Shown piece after piece: positions 19,538 to 28,443 of a stretch of DNA of 36,844 nucleotides. Under the pieces are notes generated by a model, which was not told the DNA's origin, ran no database searches, and saw only the letters and a list, made by a program, of their open reading frames with translations. Origin of the DNA: a virus; IMG/VR virus record IMGVR_UViG_3300049801_000015. One strand, 5' to 3'. The translations under genes were made by a program, and so were the position numbers. Numbering within the stretch: the first letter of the stretch is position 1; each line of letters opens with the position of its first letter.

Positions 19538-21753
19538 ACGAGTTGAACATCGGTAAGCTACGCATCTCCTGGGGCACCGCCAAGGCCGGATCGCTCGGGC
19601 TGACGATTGGTGACGCCGGGTCCGGCCAGGTCGTCAACCGCGACCTGTACGAGGACTACTCCAAGTCTAAGCTCTATACCGTGCTCCCCACCTTCTACGC
19701 GGGCGTGTACGCGATTGCATCAAGCATGGCGTCGGTTCCGTTCCGCGTGTACCGCAGACGCAACGGGAAGGAAGTCGAGGCACCGGACCACGAACTCCAG
19801 ACGTTGCTCGACACCTGGAACGGGTGGAAGTCCACCTACGACGAGCGCGAGGAGTCGCAGTCATTCCTCGAGCTGACCGGCTCGGCGTATCTGCTGTGTG
19901 GCGGCGCGAACGTCGACAAGGGCGGGAAGCCGCTCACGCTCACCAATCTCCGACCGTTCCGCGTGAAGGTCATCAAGGACGCGACGATGGGCGTCGCTGG
20001 CTACGTCTACGAAGTGGACAGCAAGCGGCAGACGTTCTCGGCAAACGAGATCGTGCCCATGCACTACTTCAACCCGACCGATGACCACTACGGGCTCGGT
20101 GCGGTTGACCCTGCATCGCTCGCCGCGATCTGCGACCTCTACGCAATAGCCCTCCAGAAGAACTTCTTCAAGCACGACGCGCAGTTGGGCGTTGTCCTTG
20201 AGTACCCCGAGGACACCGGGCAGGACGTACTCGACCGCGCGATCCTGGCGTTCAACGAGAAGCACCAGGGCGTGGACAAGGCGTGGCGGGCGCGCGCGGT
20301 GGCCGGGGCGAAGGTATCGAAGACCTCTGCGGACTTGGCCGACATGCTCTTCCCCGATCTGCGCCGGTTCAACCGCGAAGAGATTCTGATGGCATTGGGC
20401 GTGCCGCCCGTCATGGTGACGTTGCTGGATGGCGCGACCTACGCGAACGCGAAGGAGCAGAAGCGGCAGTTCTGGGAACTGACCATCATCCCGAAGCTCA
20501 AGAAGTGGGAAGGCGCGTTCAACCTCCACCTTGCGCCGCGATACGGCAACGACATCACGGTGCGCGCGGACCTGGCCGGAATCGAAGCTCTGCGACCTGA
20601 CCGCGTGGCGATGGTCTCAGCGATCACCCAGGCGCTGCCGCTGTTGCGTCGTGACGAGGCGCGGGCGTGGCTCAACGACGGCGAGCTTCCGTCGCTCAAG
20701 CCGCTAGGCGGGGAGCTTGGCAACGAGGTGTTGCAGTCGTTCTCGCTCATCCCGGCATCGGCCCTGAGCGTGTCGGAGCAGAAGCCAGCCGGAGCCGCCG
20801 CCAATGCTGACTTATCCATCGAGCGACTCCTGAACGCCGTCAACGAGAAGGCCGCGCACGTCCTATCCGACGAGCAGACCGAGGCGCGCAAGGTGGGCAA
20901 GTGGCGCGCGTTCGACAAGCGGTCCCGCATGATGGCCCGCGTGTTCGAGAAGACCGCGCGCTCCATGTTCAAGGAGCAGGAGTCGGCGGTACTCGACGGG
21001 CTCGAATCTGCGATCAACGCGGGCGCATCGACTCCGGTTGTCCGCGTGATGCTCGATGGGAAACTGACCTCGATCAGTTCTCCCGAGACGAAGAGCGTTG
21101 CCGAAGTCTCGTTGATCCTCGACCGGCTCCAGAACGGCAACATCGAGCGCTTCCGTGGCGTGTACGCAGAGGCGGTGAACCGTGCCGGGACCAACGCGCT
21201 TGAGGATTTGGGACTCACGGAGTTGCAGTTCTCTCTTCTCCAGCCTTCCGTCGTGTCCTATCTGGACAAAGCGGGAGCGCAACTGGTCAAGGGCGTTGAC
21301 TCCACCACGAAGGATCGCCTCGCGACGACGCTCGCGGAAGGCGTCCAGAGCGGCGAGAACATGCTCCAACTCTCGGACCGGGTGAAGACTGTATTCGACG
21401 CCTCACGCGCACGCGCGAACGCGATCGCCGTCACCGAGTCGGGCGCGGCATACAACGCCGGAACACTTGAGGCGTGGACTCAGACGGGCGGACTCGTCGA
21501 GAAGAAGGTCTGGCTCTCTTCGCGTGATGACCGCGTGCGCGACTCGCACGCCGAAGCCGAAGGGCAAGAAGTGCCGCTGTCAGGCGTCTTCCAGGTCGGC
21601 GACGCCACGCTCGCATTCCCTGGCGACGGCTCATCCCAAGACCCCGGAGAGACCGTCAACTGCCGCTGCACCATCGAGGCCGTATTGAGCGGCGAGCAGG
21701 AATCCTACCGCGCTCGCAGGAACGGAAACGGAACCCATGCACACACGAAATAA
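19534..21753 (+). CDS. Portal protein (HK97-type) fused to a C-terminal MuF/SPP1 gp7-like head-morphogenesis domain
   Basis: 739 aa from the ATGA-coupled ATG. The N-terminal two thirds have the portal pattern (YAIASSMASVPFRVYRR..., FLELTGSAYLL, MALGVPPVMV). The C-terminus AIAVTESGAAYNAG...WLSSRDDRVRDSHAEAEGQEVPLSGVF...PGETVNCRCT is the MuF-family signature (D-RVR--H...NCRC). Confidence 0.85.
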   Translation: MNELNIGKLRISWGTAKAGSLGLTIGDAGSGQVVNRDLYEDYSKSKLYTVLPTFYAGVYAIASSMASVPFRVYRRRNGKEVEAPDHELQTLLDTWNGWKSTYDEREESQSFLELTGSAYLLCGGANVDKGGKPLTLTNLRPFRVKVIKDATMGVAGYVYEVDSKRQTFSANEIVPMHYFNPTDDHYGLGAVDPASLAAICDLYAIALQKNFFKHDAQLGVVLEYPEDTGQDVLDRAILAFNEKHQGVDKAWRARAVAGAKVSKTSADLADMLFPDLRRFNREEILMALGVPPVMVTLLDGATYANAKEQKRQFWELTIIPKLKKWEGAFNLHLAPRYGNDITVRADLAGIEALRPDRVAMVSAITQALPLLRRDEARAWLNDGELPSLKPLGGELGNEVLQSFSLIPASALSVSEQKPAGAAANADLSIERLLNAVNEKAAHVLSDEQTEARKVGKWRAFDKRSRMMARVFEKTARSMFKEQESAVLDGLESAINAGASTPVVRVMLDGKLTSISSPETKSVAEVSLILDRLQNGNIERFRGVYAEAVNRAGTNALEDLGLTELQFSLLQPSVVSYLDKAGAQLVKGVDSTTKDRLATTLAEGVQSGENMLQLSDRVKTVFDASRARANAIAVTESGAAYNAGTLEAWTQTGGLVEKKVWLSSRDDRVRDSHAEAEGQEVPLSGVFQVGDATLAFPGDGSSQDPGETVNCRCTIEAVLSGEQESYRARRNGNGTHAHTK

Positions 21754-22570
21754 CGAGGCGCTCGCGCATCGGCTCGATACCGGCGAAGACGTAAAGCTCA
21801 TCGGGCGCGGCGTCTCCGGTTCGGTGGTCAAGGAAATCGACGCCGAGAAGCACACCGCGATCTACCGGATCACCGATGCCACAGTGGACAGCTATGGCGA
21901 CGTGGTGGAGCCGAGCGGAATGGTGAACACGCGCTTCCGCTCCAACCCCGTCGTGTTCTTCGCCCACCGCTCCTACGACTTCCCCGTGGGGCGCTCGCTT
22001 TGGGAGCGCATCGAGAGCGACGAGGTGCGCGCCGAGACCGAGTACGCAGTCGGCCTCAACCCGATTGCCGACACTACCTGGGCGATGGTGAATGCCGGGT
22101 TCATGCCCGGCGTCTCCATCGGATTCGCGCCGAAGTCCTACGAGAAGATCATGCGTGACAGCGATACCGGTCCCGAGTGGACCGGCGGCTTCCGCTTCAA
22201 GGAGTGGGAGCTGCTCGAATACTCGCCGGTCGGTATCCCCGCGAACCCCAACGCGCTCCAGGTCGCCGCGAAGGGCCTGCTCGGCATGGCCGCAGCGATG
22301 GGCATGGCTACCGACCAGCCCGACGACGAGCTGAGTCAGATCCTTGCGGGCGCGGCGCTCGTGAAGCGCTACCCCGAGTTGATGCACCCAGGCGGACTCG
22401 ACGCCGCGGTGCGCAAGACCTTCGCCGGCCTCGGAATCGATGCCGACGAACTTTCCCGCGCCGTTAGCGCGACGCGGATTGATGCCAGGCGGGAAGCCCA
22501 CGAGGCGGCCGACCTGGAGGAAGCGGGAGAACTCATAAGGGAGTTTGTCCTGCAACTACAGCGGGCCTAA
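21737..22570 (+). CDS. Prohead serine protease (HK97 gp4 family)
   Basis: 277 aa. DATVDSYGDVVEP, NPVVFFAHRSYDFPVGRS, VSIGFAPK and ELLEYSPVGIPANPNA match the conserved blocks of HK97-type prohead proteases. It lies between the portal and capsid genes. Confidence 0.85.
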   Translation: MHTRNNEALAHRLDTGEDVKLIGRGVSGSVVKEIDAEKHTAIYRITDATVDSYGDVVEPSGMVNTRFRSNPVVFFAHRSYDFPVGRSLWERIESDEVRAETEYAVGLNPIADTTWAMVNAGFMPGVSIGFAPKSYEKIMRDSDTGPEWTGGFRFKEWELLEYSPVGIPANPNALQVAAKGLLGMAAAMGMATDQPDDELSQILAGAALVKRYPELMHPGGLDAAVRKTFAGLGIDADELSRAVSATRIDARREAHEAADLEEAGELIREFVLQLQRA

Positions 22571-22613
22571 GTCCCGCCAGGCGCTCCGCATGGCGCGGAG
22601 AAGGAGTACGAAG

Positions 22614-24050
22614 ATGGCAGACGAAAAGGTCACGATGACCCCGAGCGAGGACCTCAAGAAGTCCCTCGCTGACCTGAACAGCACGATCACCGAGAAGGTC
22701 ACCCCGCTCGCCGAGCGGATGGAGAAGGCCGAGCGCATCATCGCCGACGTGCAGGCCGAGCAGAAGCGGTCACCGAAGCAGGCGATCTTCCCCGAGATGG
22801 ACCCGCGCCTCCTGCGCTTCGACGGCTCGCCGGAGTCGTTCACGAAGCTCATGGGCTCGCGCGTTCCGGTCTCCGCCGGATCGAGCAAGGCCCTCGTCGA
22901 GGAACTCCAGCGGCGCAACGACGCCGTGATCATCGGTCAGGCGATCCTATCCGGCCTCAAGGCCAAGGGGCAGTCGGTTCCCGACATCACCCAGACGCGC
23001 ATTTGGTCCGAGTTCGCGCAGCTCCGCGACGAGCTGGCGAAGGCGATGGACACGACCACGACCGGCCAGGGGTCGCAGTGGATCCCGACCGGAACCTCGC
23101 AGCAGATTCACGAGCTCATCATGCTCCAGCTCAAGGTTCGGGCGCTCTTCAACGAGTTCCCCATGCCGACCAATCCGTTCACGTGGCCCTTCGCCGCGGC
23201 GCGCGGTGTGGCTCAGGTGGTCTCGCAGTCGACGACCGTCACCACGGCGTACACCCTGACCGACGCCTCCCGCGCGTTCTACGGCCTCACGGCGACGGGT
23301 CTCGCGACCTTCACCGCCAAGAAGCTCCGCGCACTCGAAGTGGCGACCCGCGAGTGGTCCGACGACGCGGTCGGTGCGGCCATGCCGTGGCTCGTGGCGC
23401 AGATGGCGCAGGCGATCGCGGACGGGTGGGAAGACGGCATCCAGAACGGCGATACGGACGCGACGCACATCGACTCCGACATCACCGAACTGGCCGGCGG
23501 CGGAACCTCGCCCAAGGTGTTCGTGGACGGTCTCCGCGAGTACGCCCTGGGCATCGGCTCCAGCGTGTGCATCGACGGCGGCGCGCTCTCCAGCACGACC
23601 GACCGCGCAGCGCTCGCCGCGATGGGAGTGTACGCGGGCCAGCCTTCGCGCCTCGCGCGAATCTTCAACTGGCACTCGTACATGGCCTTCATCGAGGCCC
23701 GCAAGGCCGACGTGGTGACCATCGACAAGTTCGGGCCGAACGCGACGGTGCTGAACGGGCAGCTGTCCCAGACGGACGGCATCCCGAACATCATCAGCGA
23801 GTTCTCCCGCGCGGACCTCGACTCGACCGGCGTGAACTCGAACACCACGGACGTGCTGACCCAGTACCTCATCGTCAACCGTGACGCTTGGATGATCGGC
23901 ACCCGGCCCGGCCTCGGTGTCGAGCGCGAGCGCCTGACCCCGGTGGACGCCGAGCTCCTGGTGTTCTTCGACCGCGGCGACTTCCAGTCGCTGGCGCCGA
24001 GCTCCGCGACCTCCGTCGCCTACGTCTACAACATCCCGCGCTTGGCCTAA
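22614..24050 (+). CDS. Major capsid protein (HK97 fold) with an N-terminal scaffold-like delta domain
   Basis: 478 aa from the ATG with AAGGAG 7 nt upstream. About 100 aa of N-terminal coiled coil precede a core with QGSQWIPTGTSQQIHELIMLQLKVRALFNEFPMP... No separate scaffold gene is present. A/T-ending codons are very rare. Confidence 0.9.
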   Translation: MADEKVTMTPSEDLKKSLADLNSTITEKVTPLAERMEKAERIIADVQAEQKRSPKQAIFPEMDPRLLRFDGSPESFTKLMGSRVPVSAGSSKALVEELQRRNDAVIIGQAILSGLKAKGQSVPDITQTRIWSEFAQLRDELAKAMDTTTTGQGSQWIPTGTSQQIHELIMLQLKVRALFNEFPMPTNPFTWPFAAARGVAQVVSQSTTVTTAYTLTDASRAFYGLTATGLATFTAKKLRALEVATREWSDDAVGAAMPWLVAQMAQAIADGWEDGIQNGDTDATHIDSDITELAGGGTSPKVFVDGLREYALGIGSSVCIDGGALSSTTDRAALAAMGVYAGQPSRLARIFNWHSYMAFIEARKADVVTIDKFGPNATVLNGQLSQTDGIPNIISEFSRADLDSTGVNSNTTDVLTQYLIVNRDAWMIGTRPGLGVERERLTPVDAELLVFFDRGDFQSLAPSSATSVAYVYNIPRLA

Positions 24051-24059
24051 GACGTGATC

Positions 24060-24090
24060 GGGGGCGGGTCGGGTGATCCGGCCCGCTCCC
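24060..24090 (+). terminator. Strong GC hairpin immediately after the capsid gene (terminator or attenuator candidate)
   Basis: Bases 24060-24073 pair with 24077-24090 (about 13-14 bp including G-U pairs, with a 3-nt loop). The downstream tract tcccatcc is not U-rich, so termination efficiency is unclear. Confidence 0.45.
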
Positions 24091-24115
24091 ATCCGTAGAA
24101 AGAAGGAACAGACAC

Positions 24116-24595
24116 ATGCTCAAGAAGATCGCGCTCTTGGCCCTTGTCGGGATGCTGCTTGCCACTCCCGTGATGGCCGCTTCCGTTTCCGTGTCGAGTC
24201 ACGTCATCAACAACGGCTTCGGCCGGGTGCTGGTGTACGCGGACTCGTGCAAGGCATCGACGCTCGTCACGTCTCCGACGATTCAGTTGAAGAACCCGAA
24301 CTGGACGCAGTGGGCGTACACCGGCGCCGTGACTCCGTTCGTGTATCTGCCCATCACCATCACCGCATACTCGACGACCGGCTCGGACTCCATCCATGTC
24401 GGCATCGAGACCAGCGAAGACGACCTGAATTGGTACTCGTTCTACGCGCACACGCTTCAGGTGTCGGTGACTGCCCAGGGGACGCCGCGCATCCACTACC
24501 TGCTGCTTCCACAGCGGTACATGCGCGTGAAGCTCTACGCCCTGACGACCGCTTCCTACGGCGAGAAGGTCTACATCACCTACCCGACCAAGTAG
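24116..24595 (+). CDS. Signal-peptide-bearing beta-rich protein embedded in the head module
   Basis: 159 aa. MLKKIALLALVGMLLATPVMA-ASV is a canonical Sec signal (KK n-region, hydrophobic core, VMA-A site). The rest is Ser/Thr/Val/Tyr-rich. No family recognised. Confidence 0.65.
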   Translation: MLKKIALLALVGMLLATPVMAASVSVSSHVINNGFGRVLVYADSCKASTLVTSPTIQLKNPNWTQWAYTGAVTPFVYLPITITAYSTTGSDSIHVGIETSEDDLNWYSFYAHTLQVSVTAQGTPRIHYLLLPQRYMRVKLYALTTASYGEKVYITYPTK

Positions 24596-24699
24596 TGAGC
24601 GGCGGCGAGGCGAGAGCACTCAAGGAAGGACTCCAGAGGCGGGTTGGGCTGACGGTCAACGCGGGGCGCGTGACCTCAGCCAACCCCCCGGAGGAAGTC

Positions 24700-24960
24700 A
24701 TGCAGAAAGTCAAGTTCAAGACGAGCGTGGATGCCGGGTGGTGTCGCGCTGTTGCGGGCGACGAACGCGAGTTGACGGAGCGCGAGGTCGGGATGCTGCT
24801 GGCCGCGCACCCCGGATGCCTCAGCGTGCTCGCGGCGCCGAAGGTGGACGCGGTGCCGGACGAGACCGAGATCACGGAACGCGGCGACGATGACGTGCCC
24901 GGCGCCCCGCCGATGGATCGCCAGCACTCGCGTCGGCGCACGGTGAGGAAGCGCAAGTGA
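24700..24960 (+). CDS. Hypothetical head-module protein
   Basis: 86 aa from the ATG preceded by GGAGGAAGTC. The frame is open from GTG 24595 (TAGTG overlap), so a 121-aa version is possible. Confidence 0.5.
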   Translation: MQKVKFKTSVDAGWCRAVAGDERELTEREVGMLLAAHPGCLSVLAAPKVDAVPDETEITERGDDDVPGAPPMDRQHSRRRTVRKRK

Positions 24961-25568
24961 GCCTCCTAGCCCATGTGATCGTGACCAAGGCCGAAGCGTG
25001 GCGCTTCCTGAAACTGCCCGACCTGGGCGACGACGGAAGCGATGCCGACCTGACAATGGAAGCGCTCATCAACGGTGCGACAACGCACATCGAGAGCTTC
25101 CTGGGCCGCGCCGTGGTGTCGCGCTCGTTCACCGAGACCTACGACGGCACGGATGAGTGCTGGTTGCAGCTTCGTCAGTGGCCGCTCGTGTCGCTCACAT
25201 CCGTTGAGGAGGTCGATCCGTACACCGGGACCACGCTTCAGTCTCTGGCCGGGTCGCTATTCCGCGTGGATGAGCGGCTCGGGCGGATCGCGCGGGCGTC
25301 GTCCGGCTACGCATTCAGCGCCGGTGCGCAGCGATGGACCGTCACCTACGAGGCCGGGTACAGCGACAACGACGGAGAGGTGCCCGAAGACCTGAAGCTC
25401 GCGGCGCTCATCCTCATCTCGCGCCAGTATCGGGACTACACGCACGAGCGGGACGACATCCAGAGCGTTTCGATTCAAGGCCAGTCCATCTCCTACGTCC
25501 GCGACCCGCTCCCGGCCCGCGTGCAGTCGTTGCTCAAGCCTTGGCGCGTGTCGAGGAGCGCGGCCTGA
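24957..25568 (+). CDS. Head-tail connector/adaptor (gp6-like)
   Basis: 203 aa. AEAWRFLKL...LTMEALINGATTHIESFLGRAVVSRSFTETYDG follows the gp6-like head-tail connector pattern. The position after the capsid gene fits. Confidence 0.6.
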   Translation: MSLLAHVIVTKAEAWRFLKLPDLGDDGSDADLTMEALINGATTHIESFLGRAVVSRSFTETYDGTDECWLQLRQWPLVSLTSVEEVDPYTGTTLQSLAGSLFRVDERLGRIARASSGYAFSAGAQRWTVTYEAGYSDNDGEVPEDLKLAALILISRQYRDYTHERDDIQSVSIQGQSISYVRDPLPARVQSLLKPWRVSRSAA

Positions 25569-26137
25569 TGGCTGAGACCACGATCCGCGTCATCGGCTAC
25601 AACGAGGCGTCGGAGCGCATCCGAGCGACGGCTCGCGGCATCTCGAAAGAGAAGTTCGACGGCGTGCGGAAAGCAACGCTCATCATGGAACGGGCGGTCA
25701 AGCGCGAGTTGACGGGCGGTGCGCTCAACGTCGGGCGCGGGATGCTTCGGCGCTCATTCACCTCCGGCACGTTCGCTGTTGGCGATGACGTTCAGGGGGT
25801 TGTCGGGTCTCCGGCCCGGTACGCGGCGATCCACGAGACCGGAGGCGAGATCCGGCCGAAAGGCCGAGCGCTCGCGATCCCGCTGCACCCTTCCGCGAAG
25901 TATGCCAAGCCGCGGGACTTCTCGGACCTGTTCATTGTGAAGACTGCTGGCAAGATCTTCCTGGCCCGCAACGCTGGCGGGAAGCGCTCATCCCGCGTCG
26001 ACTTCATGTACCTCTTGGTTCCTCGCGTGCGGATGCCCGCGCGACGGTATCTCACCAAGGCGCAGGAATCCTCGCAGAGTGAGGTTGTGGCGGCAGTCGG
26101 TGGACAGATCGCCAGCGCGATTGCGAGGCCGCAATGA
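25568..26137 (+). CDS. HK97 gp10-like tail/neck component
   Basis: 189 aa. TGATG overlap. GSPARYAAIHETGGEIRPK is the signature (YA--hE-G) of HK97 gp10-family proteins. Confidence 0.6.
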   Translation: MAETTIRVIGYNEASERIRATARGISKEKFDGVRKATLIMERAVKRELTGGALNVGRGMLRRSFTSGTFAVGDDVQGVVGSPARYAAIHETGGEIRPKGRALAIPLHPSAKYAKPRDFSDLFIVKTAGKIFLARNAGGKRSSRVDFMYLLVPRVRMPARRYLTKAQESSQSEVVAAVGGQIASAIARPQ

Positions 26138-26604
26138 CCGTCGCCGTGAACCACCGCCAGCTCATCATCGACGACTTCATCGACCGCTTCGAGGCCATGC
26201 AGACGGGCGTCGAGGGCGTCGACCGCAACTACAACCTCGTCACCGTCTGCCAAGACTTGAAGCTCGTCGAGCAGGTCGACGCTTCCAAGTGCCCGTGGGT
26301 GTCGGTGATTGGAAGCGACGGCACCGGCACGCCGCAGCTCGGCAACAGCGAGCAGGACACGATGGACGTGATTGTCCTCGTGTACGTCAAGCCGGATGCC
26401 GCGCGGTTCCCGAGTCAGACGGCCCCGCAACTTCTCGAAGCGGTCATGTGCGACCTGGAGGCGGCATTCAACGCGGACCCGTCATGCGGCGGGCGCGTGT
26501 TCCGGTCGACGATCAACCGCGAAGTGGATCACGACATGGAGGGCCGCTACTCGCTGGCCGCCCTCACGTTTTCGCTCTCCTACAACGTGAAGAGGACAGC
26601 ATGA
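26134..26604 (+). CDS. Tail terminator / tail completion protein candidate
   Basis: 156 aa. ATGA-coupled start. The call is mainly positional (between the gp10-like protein and the tail tube) and from size. Confidence 0.45.
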   Translation: MTVAVNHRQLIIDDFIDRFEAMQTGVEGVDRNYNLVTVCQDLKLVEQVDASKCPWVSVIGSDGTGTPQLGNSEQDTMDVIVLVYVKPDAARFPSQTAPQLLEAVMCDLEAAFNADPSCGGRVFRSTINREVDHDMEGRYSLAALTFSLSYNVKRTA

Positions 26605-26774
26605 GACTCAACTACGTGGGGACCGATGAGGGCGTGGTAGTGCCCACGCCGAAGGGTCCGGTGTTCTTGAAGCGCGGCGGGCTTGCGCAAGACGTGCCCG
26701 ATGAGGTTGCGGCTCGGCTCCTGGCCGTCAACCCCGAATCCTTTCAGGAAGCCGACAGGGAGAATGACCTATGA
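26601..26774 (+). CDS. Small hypothetical protein
   Basis: 57 aa. ATGA-coupled at both ends (MRLNYVGTDEGVVVPTPKGPVFLKRGG...). Confidence 0.45.
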   Translation: MRLNYVGTDEGVVVPTPKGPVFLKRGGLAQDVPDEVAARLLAVNPESFQEADRENDL

Positions 26775-27754
26775 GCGCAGGACGCGGCCTCAATTCCTTC
26801 ATCGGGTTCATCACCGAATCCGCCTTCGGGACCGACCCCGGCAGCGGGTACAAGTACGTGCGGGTCGCCTCGATGGACCCATGCAAGCCGACCGCCGATC
26901 GCACCGAGGGCAACCGTGGCCTGGGTCGCATCGCGCGGACCAACGTCAAGAAGCGGCTCAAGCGCGGAACCTTCGGCGGCGAGATCGACTGTCAGTACGG
27001 CGGCAACGAGGTGTTGCTGCTGCACTTCTTGGGCGGGTACGCCTTCGACGACAACGCGCCGGTTGCGAACGTGAACACTCACGTCTTCACCCCGTCGCTG
27101 ACGCGCCAGGTCGGGCTCACGCTTCACTCGAACCTCGACATCCTGGCGCTCAACGTGACCGGGGGGAAGCTCAACCGCCTGTCGTTCGAGTGCTCCAACG
27201 AGATCCTGCGCATGGGCTACGGCGGCGTCGGCAAGGCCCCGGTGCAGGCGTCGGTCGACACCGCGTCCTACTCCGCGACCCCGGACGTGCTCGGCCTGGA
27301 AGGAACCGGCGGCGCGACGGGCGTGATCTTCAAGCTGGCCGGCACCGCGGCGAACATCCGCAAGGTGACGTTCAACCTCGAATGGCCCGTCACCGAAGAC
27401 CGCGAGTACATGGGTTACAACACCATGCAGGAAGCCATCCAGAACGGCGACCTGAAGATCACCGGAACGATCACCCGCGAGTTCGAGGACGACGACTACC
27501 TGGATCACTGGGACGCGGACACCGCCGATCTCACGCTCGAGGTGAACTACAAGAGCGTGTCCTACGTCACGGGGACCACGCCCTACGAGTTCAAGATCAA
27601 GGCGTTCGCGGTGGACCTCGATACGGCGGGGCCGGCTCGCGTGGATGGCCCCGGCGTGTTGGTCGAGGACATCCCGTTCGTCGCCAACGTCGCCGCCAAC
27701 GGCACCGACATCTTCTCGGTGACGATCATCAACGCGGTCGCGACGGTTACCTAG
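26771..27754 (+). CDS. Major tail (tube) protein
   Basis: 327 aa. The composition is beta-rich. It lies immediately upstream of the chaperone pair and tape measure, and no sheath-sized gene is present, so the layout is siphovirus-type. The call is positional. Confidence 0.6.
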   Translation: MSAGRGLNSFIGFITESAFGTDPGSGYKYVRVASMDPCKPTADRTEGNRGLGRIARTNVKKRLKRGTFGGEIDCQYGGNEVLLLHFLGGYAFDDNAPVANVNTHVFTPSLTRQVGLTLHSNLDILALNVTGGKLNRLSFECSNEILRMGYGGVGKAPVQASVDTASYSATPDVLGLEGTGGATGVIFKLAGTAANIRKVTFNLEWPVTEDREYMGYNTMQEAIQNGDLKITGTITREFEDDDYLDHWDADTADLTLEVNYKSVSYVTGTTPYEFKIKAFAVDLDTAGPARVDGPGVLVEDIPFVANVAANGTDIFSVTIINAVATVT

Positions 27755-27773
27755 TCTCGCAGAGGGGGAGAAC

Positions 27774-28298
27774 GTGAGCACGAAGGACGAAACGCGGGCG
27801 GCGTGGTTCCGCCGCTCGATGGATCGCAGGCCAACGGTGACGCTCCAGTTCGGGGACGGCGGGAGCGTTGTCGTGCGACTGCCCGGCATCGTCGAGCTTT
27901 CCAGCATGGGGTTCGACCCGGCACTCCTCAACCCGAAGACGCCGGAGTCGTTGAGGACTCAGCGGGCGCAGGACTTCGCGGAAGACATCCCGAAGATGCT
28001 GGAGTTCGCGCGCAAGCTCCTTGGCGTCGTCATGGTGGACCCCAAGCTCTGGACGGGCGCGGAAGACCAATGCCCCGATGACTCCGTGACGATGGCCGTG
28101 CTCGGTGACGATGCGCTCGCGATCATGACGGCGGTGCTCGGTGCGATGGGCGAACCGGCGGCACGGGAGGCGGCTGAGAAAGCCGAGACCTTTCGTGGAG
28201 AGCCCAACGGGGCGGCTGGTAAACCGGGCGGCGCAGATGTACCAGATGGACCCCAGGGAGATCGTGAGGGCGGGCTCGACCCCCGAGGGGTGGCCTGA
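27774..28298 (+). CDS. Tail assembly chaperone (gpG-like)
   Basis: 174 aa. It lies directly before the tape measure, has an acidic/Gly/Pro-rich C-terminus, and overlaps an alternative-frame ORF that runs up to the TMP start. Confidence 0.65.
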   Translation: MSTKDETRAAWFRRSMDRRPTVTLQFGDGGSVVVRLPGIVELSSMGFDPALLNPKTPESLRTQRAQDFAEDIPKMLEFARKLLGVVMVDPKLWTGAEDQCPDDSVTMAVLGDDALAIMTAVLGAMGEPAAREAAEKAETFRGEPNGAAGKPGGADVPDGPQGDREGGLDPRGVA

Positions 28299-28443
28299 TT
28301 TCGTGACGCTGATGCACTTCGCCGCGGCGGCTGAACGGCAGAACGGAGAGGCGTTGAGCGAGATGATCGGGCGGGCATCCAAGGACGACATGGGGCCGGG
28401 CATCGCTTCCGCCGTTGCCGTTGGCGTGAGGGCTGGTAAGTGA
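28141..28443 (+). other. gpT-like frameshift extension frame of the tail chaperone (+1 relative to G)
   Basis: This frame is open from 28141 and overlaps the last 158 nt of the G gene. It ends in a TGA that overlaps the TMP start (GTGA). It has no RBS of its own. The encoded tail (..DPREIVRAGSTPEGWPDFVTLMHFAAAAERQNGEALSEMIGRAS..) looks protein-like. Confidence 0.5.

Noticed and set aside
24073-24699. The upstream part of the 295-aa track ORF 24073..24960, and similar long alternative-frame ORFs (227..766, 11194..11604, 26079..26600, 26683..27777, 25334..25567).
   Set aside because: These overlap better-supported genes in another frame and are Arg/Pro/Gly-rich. Only their 3' portions, starting at coupled or RBS-preceded start codons, behave like genes.
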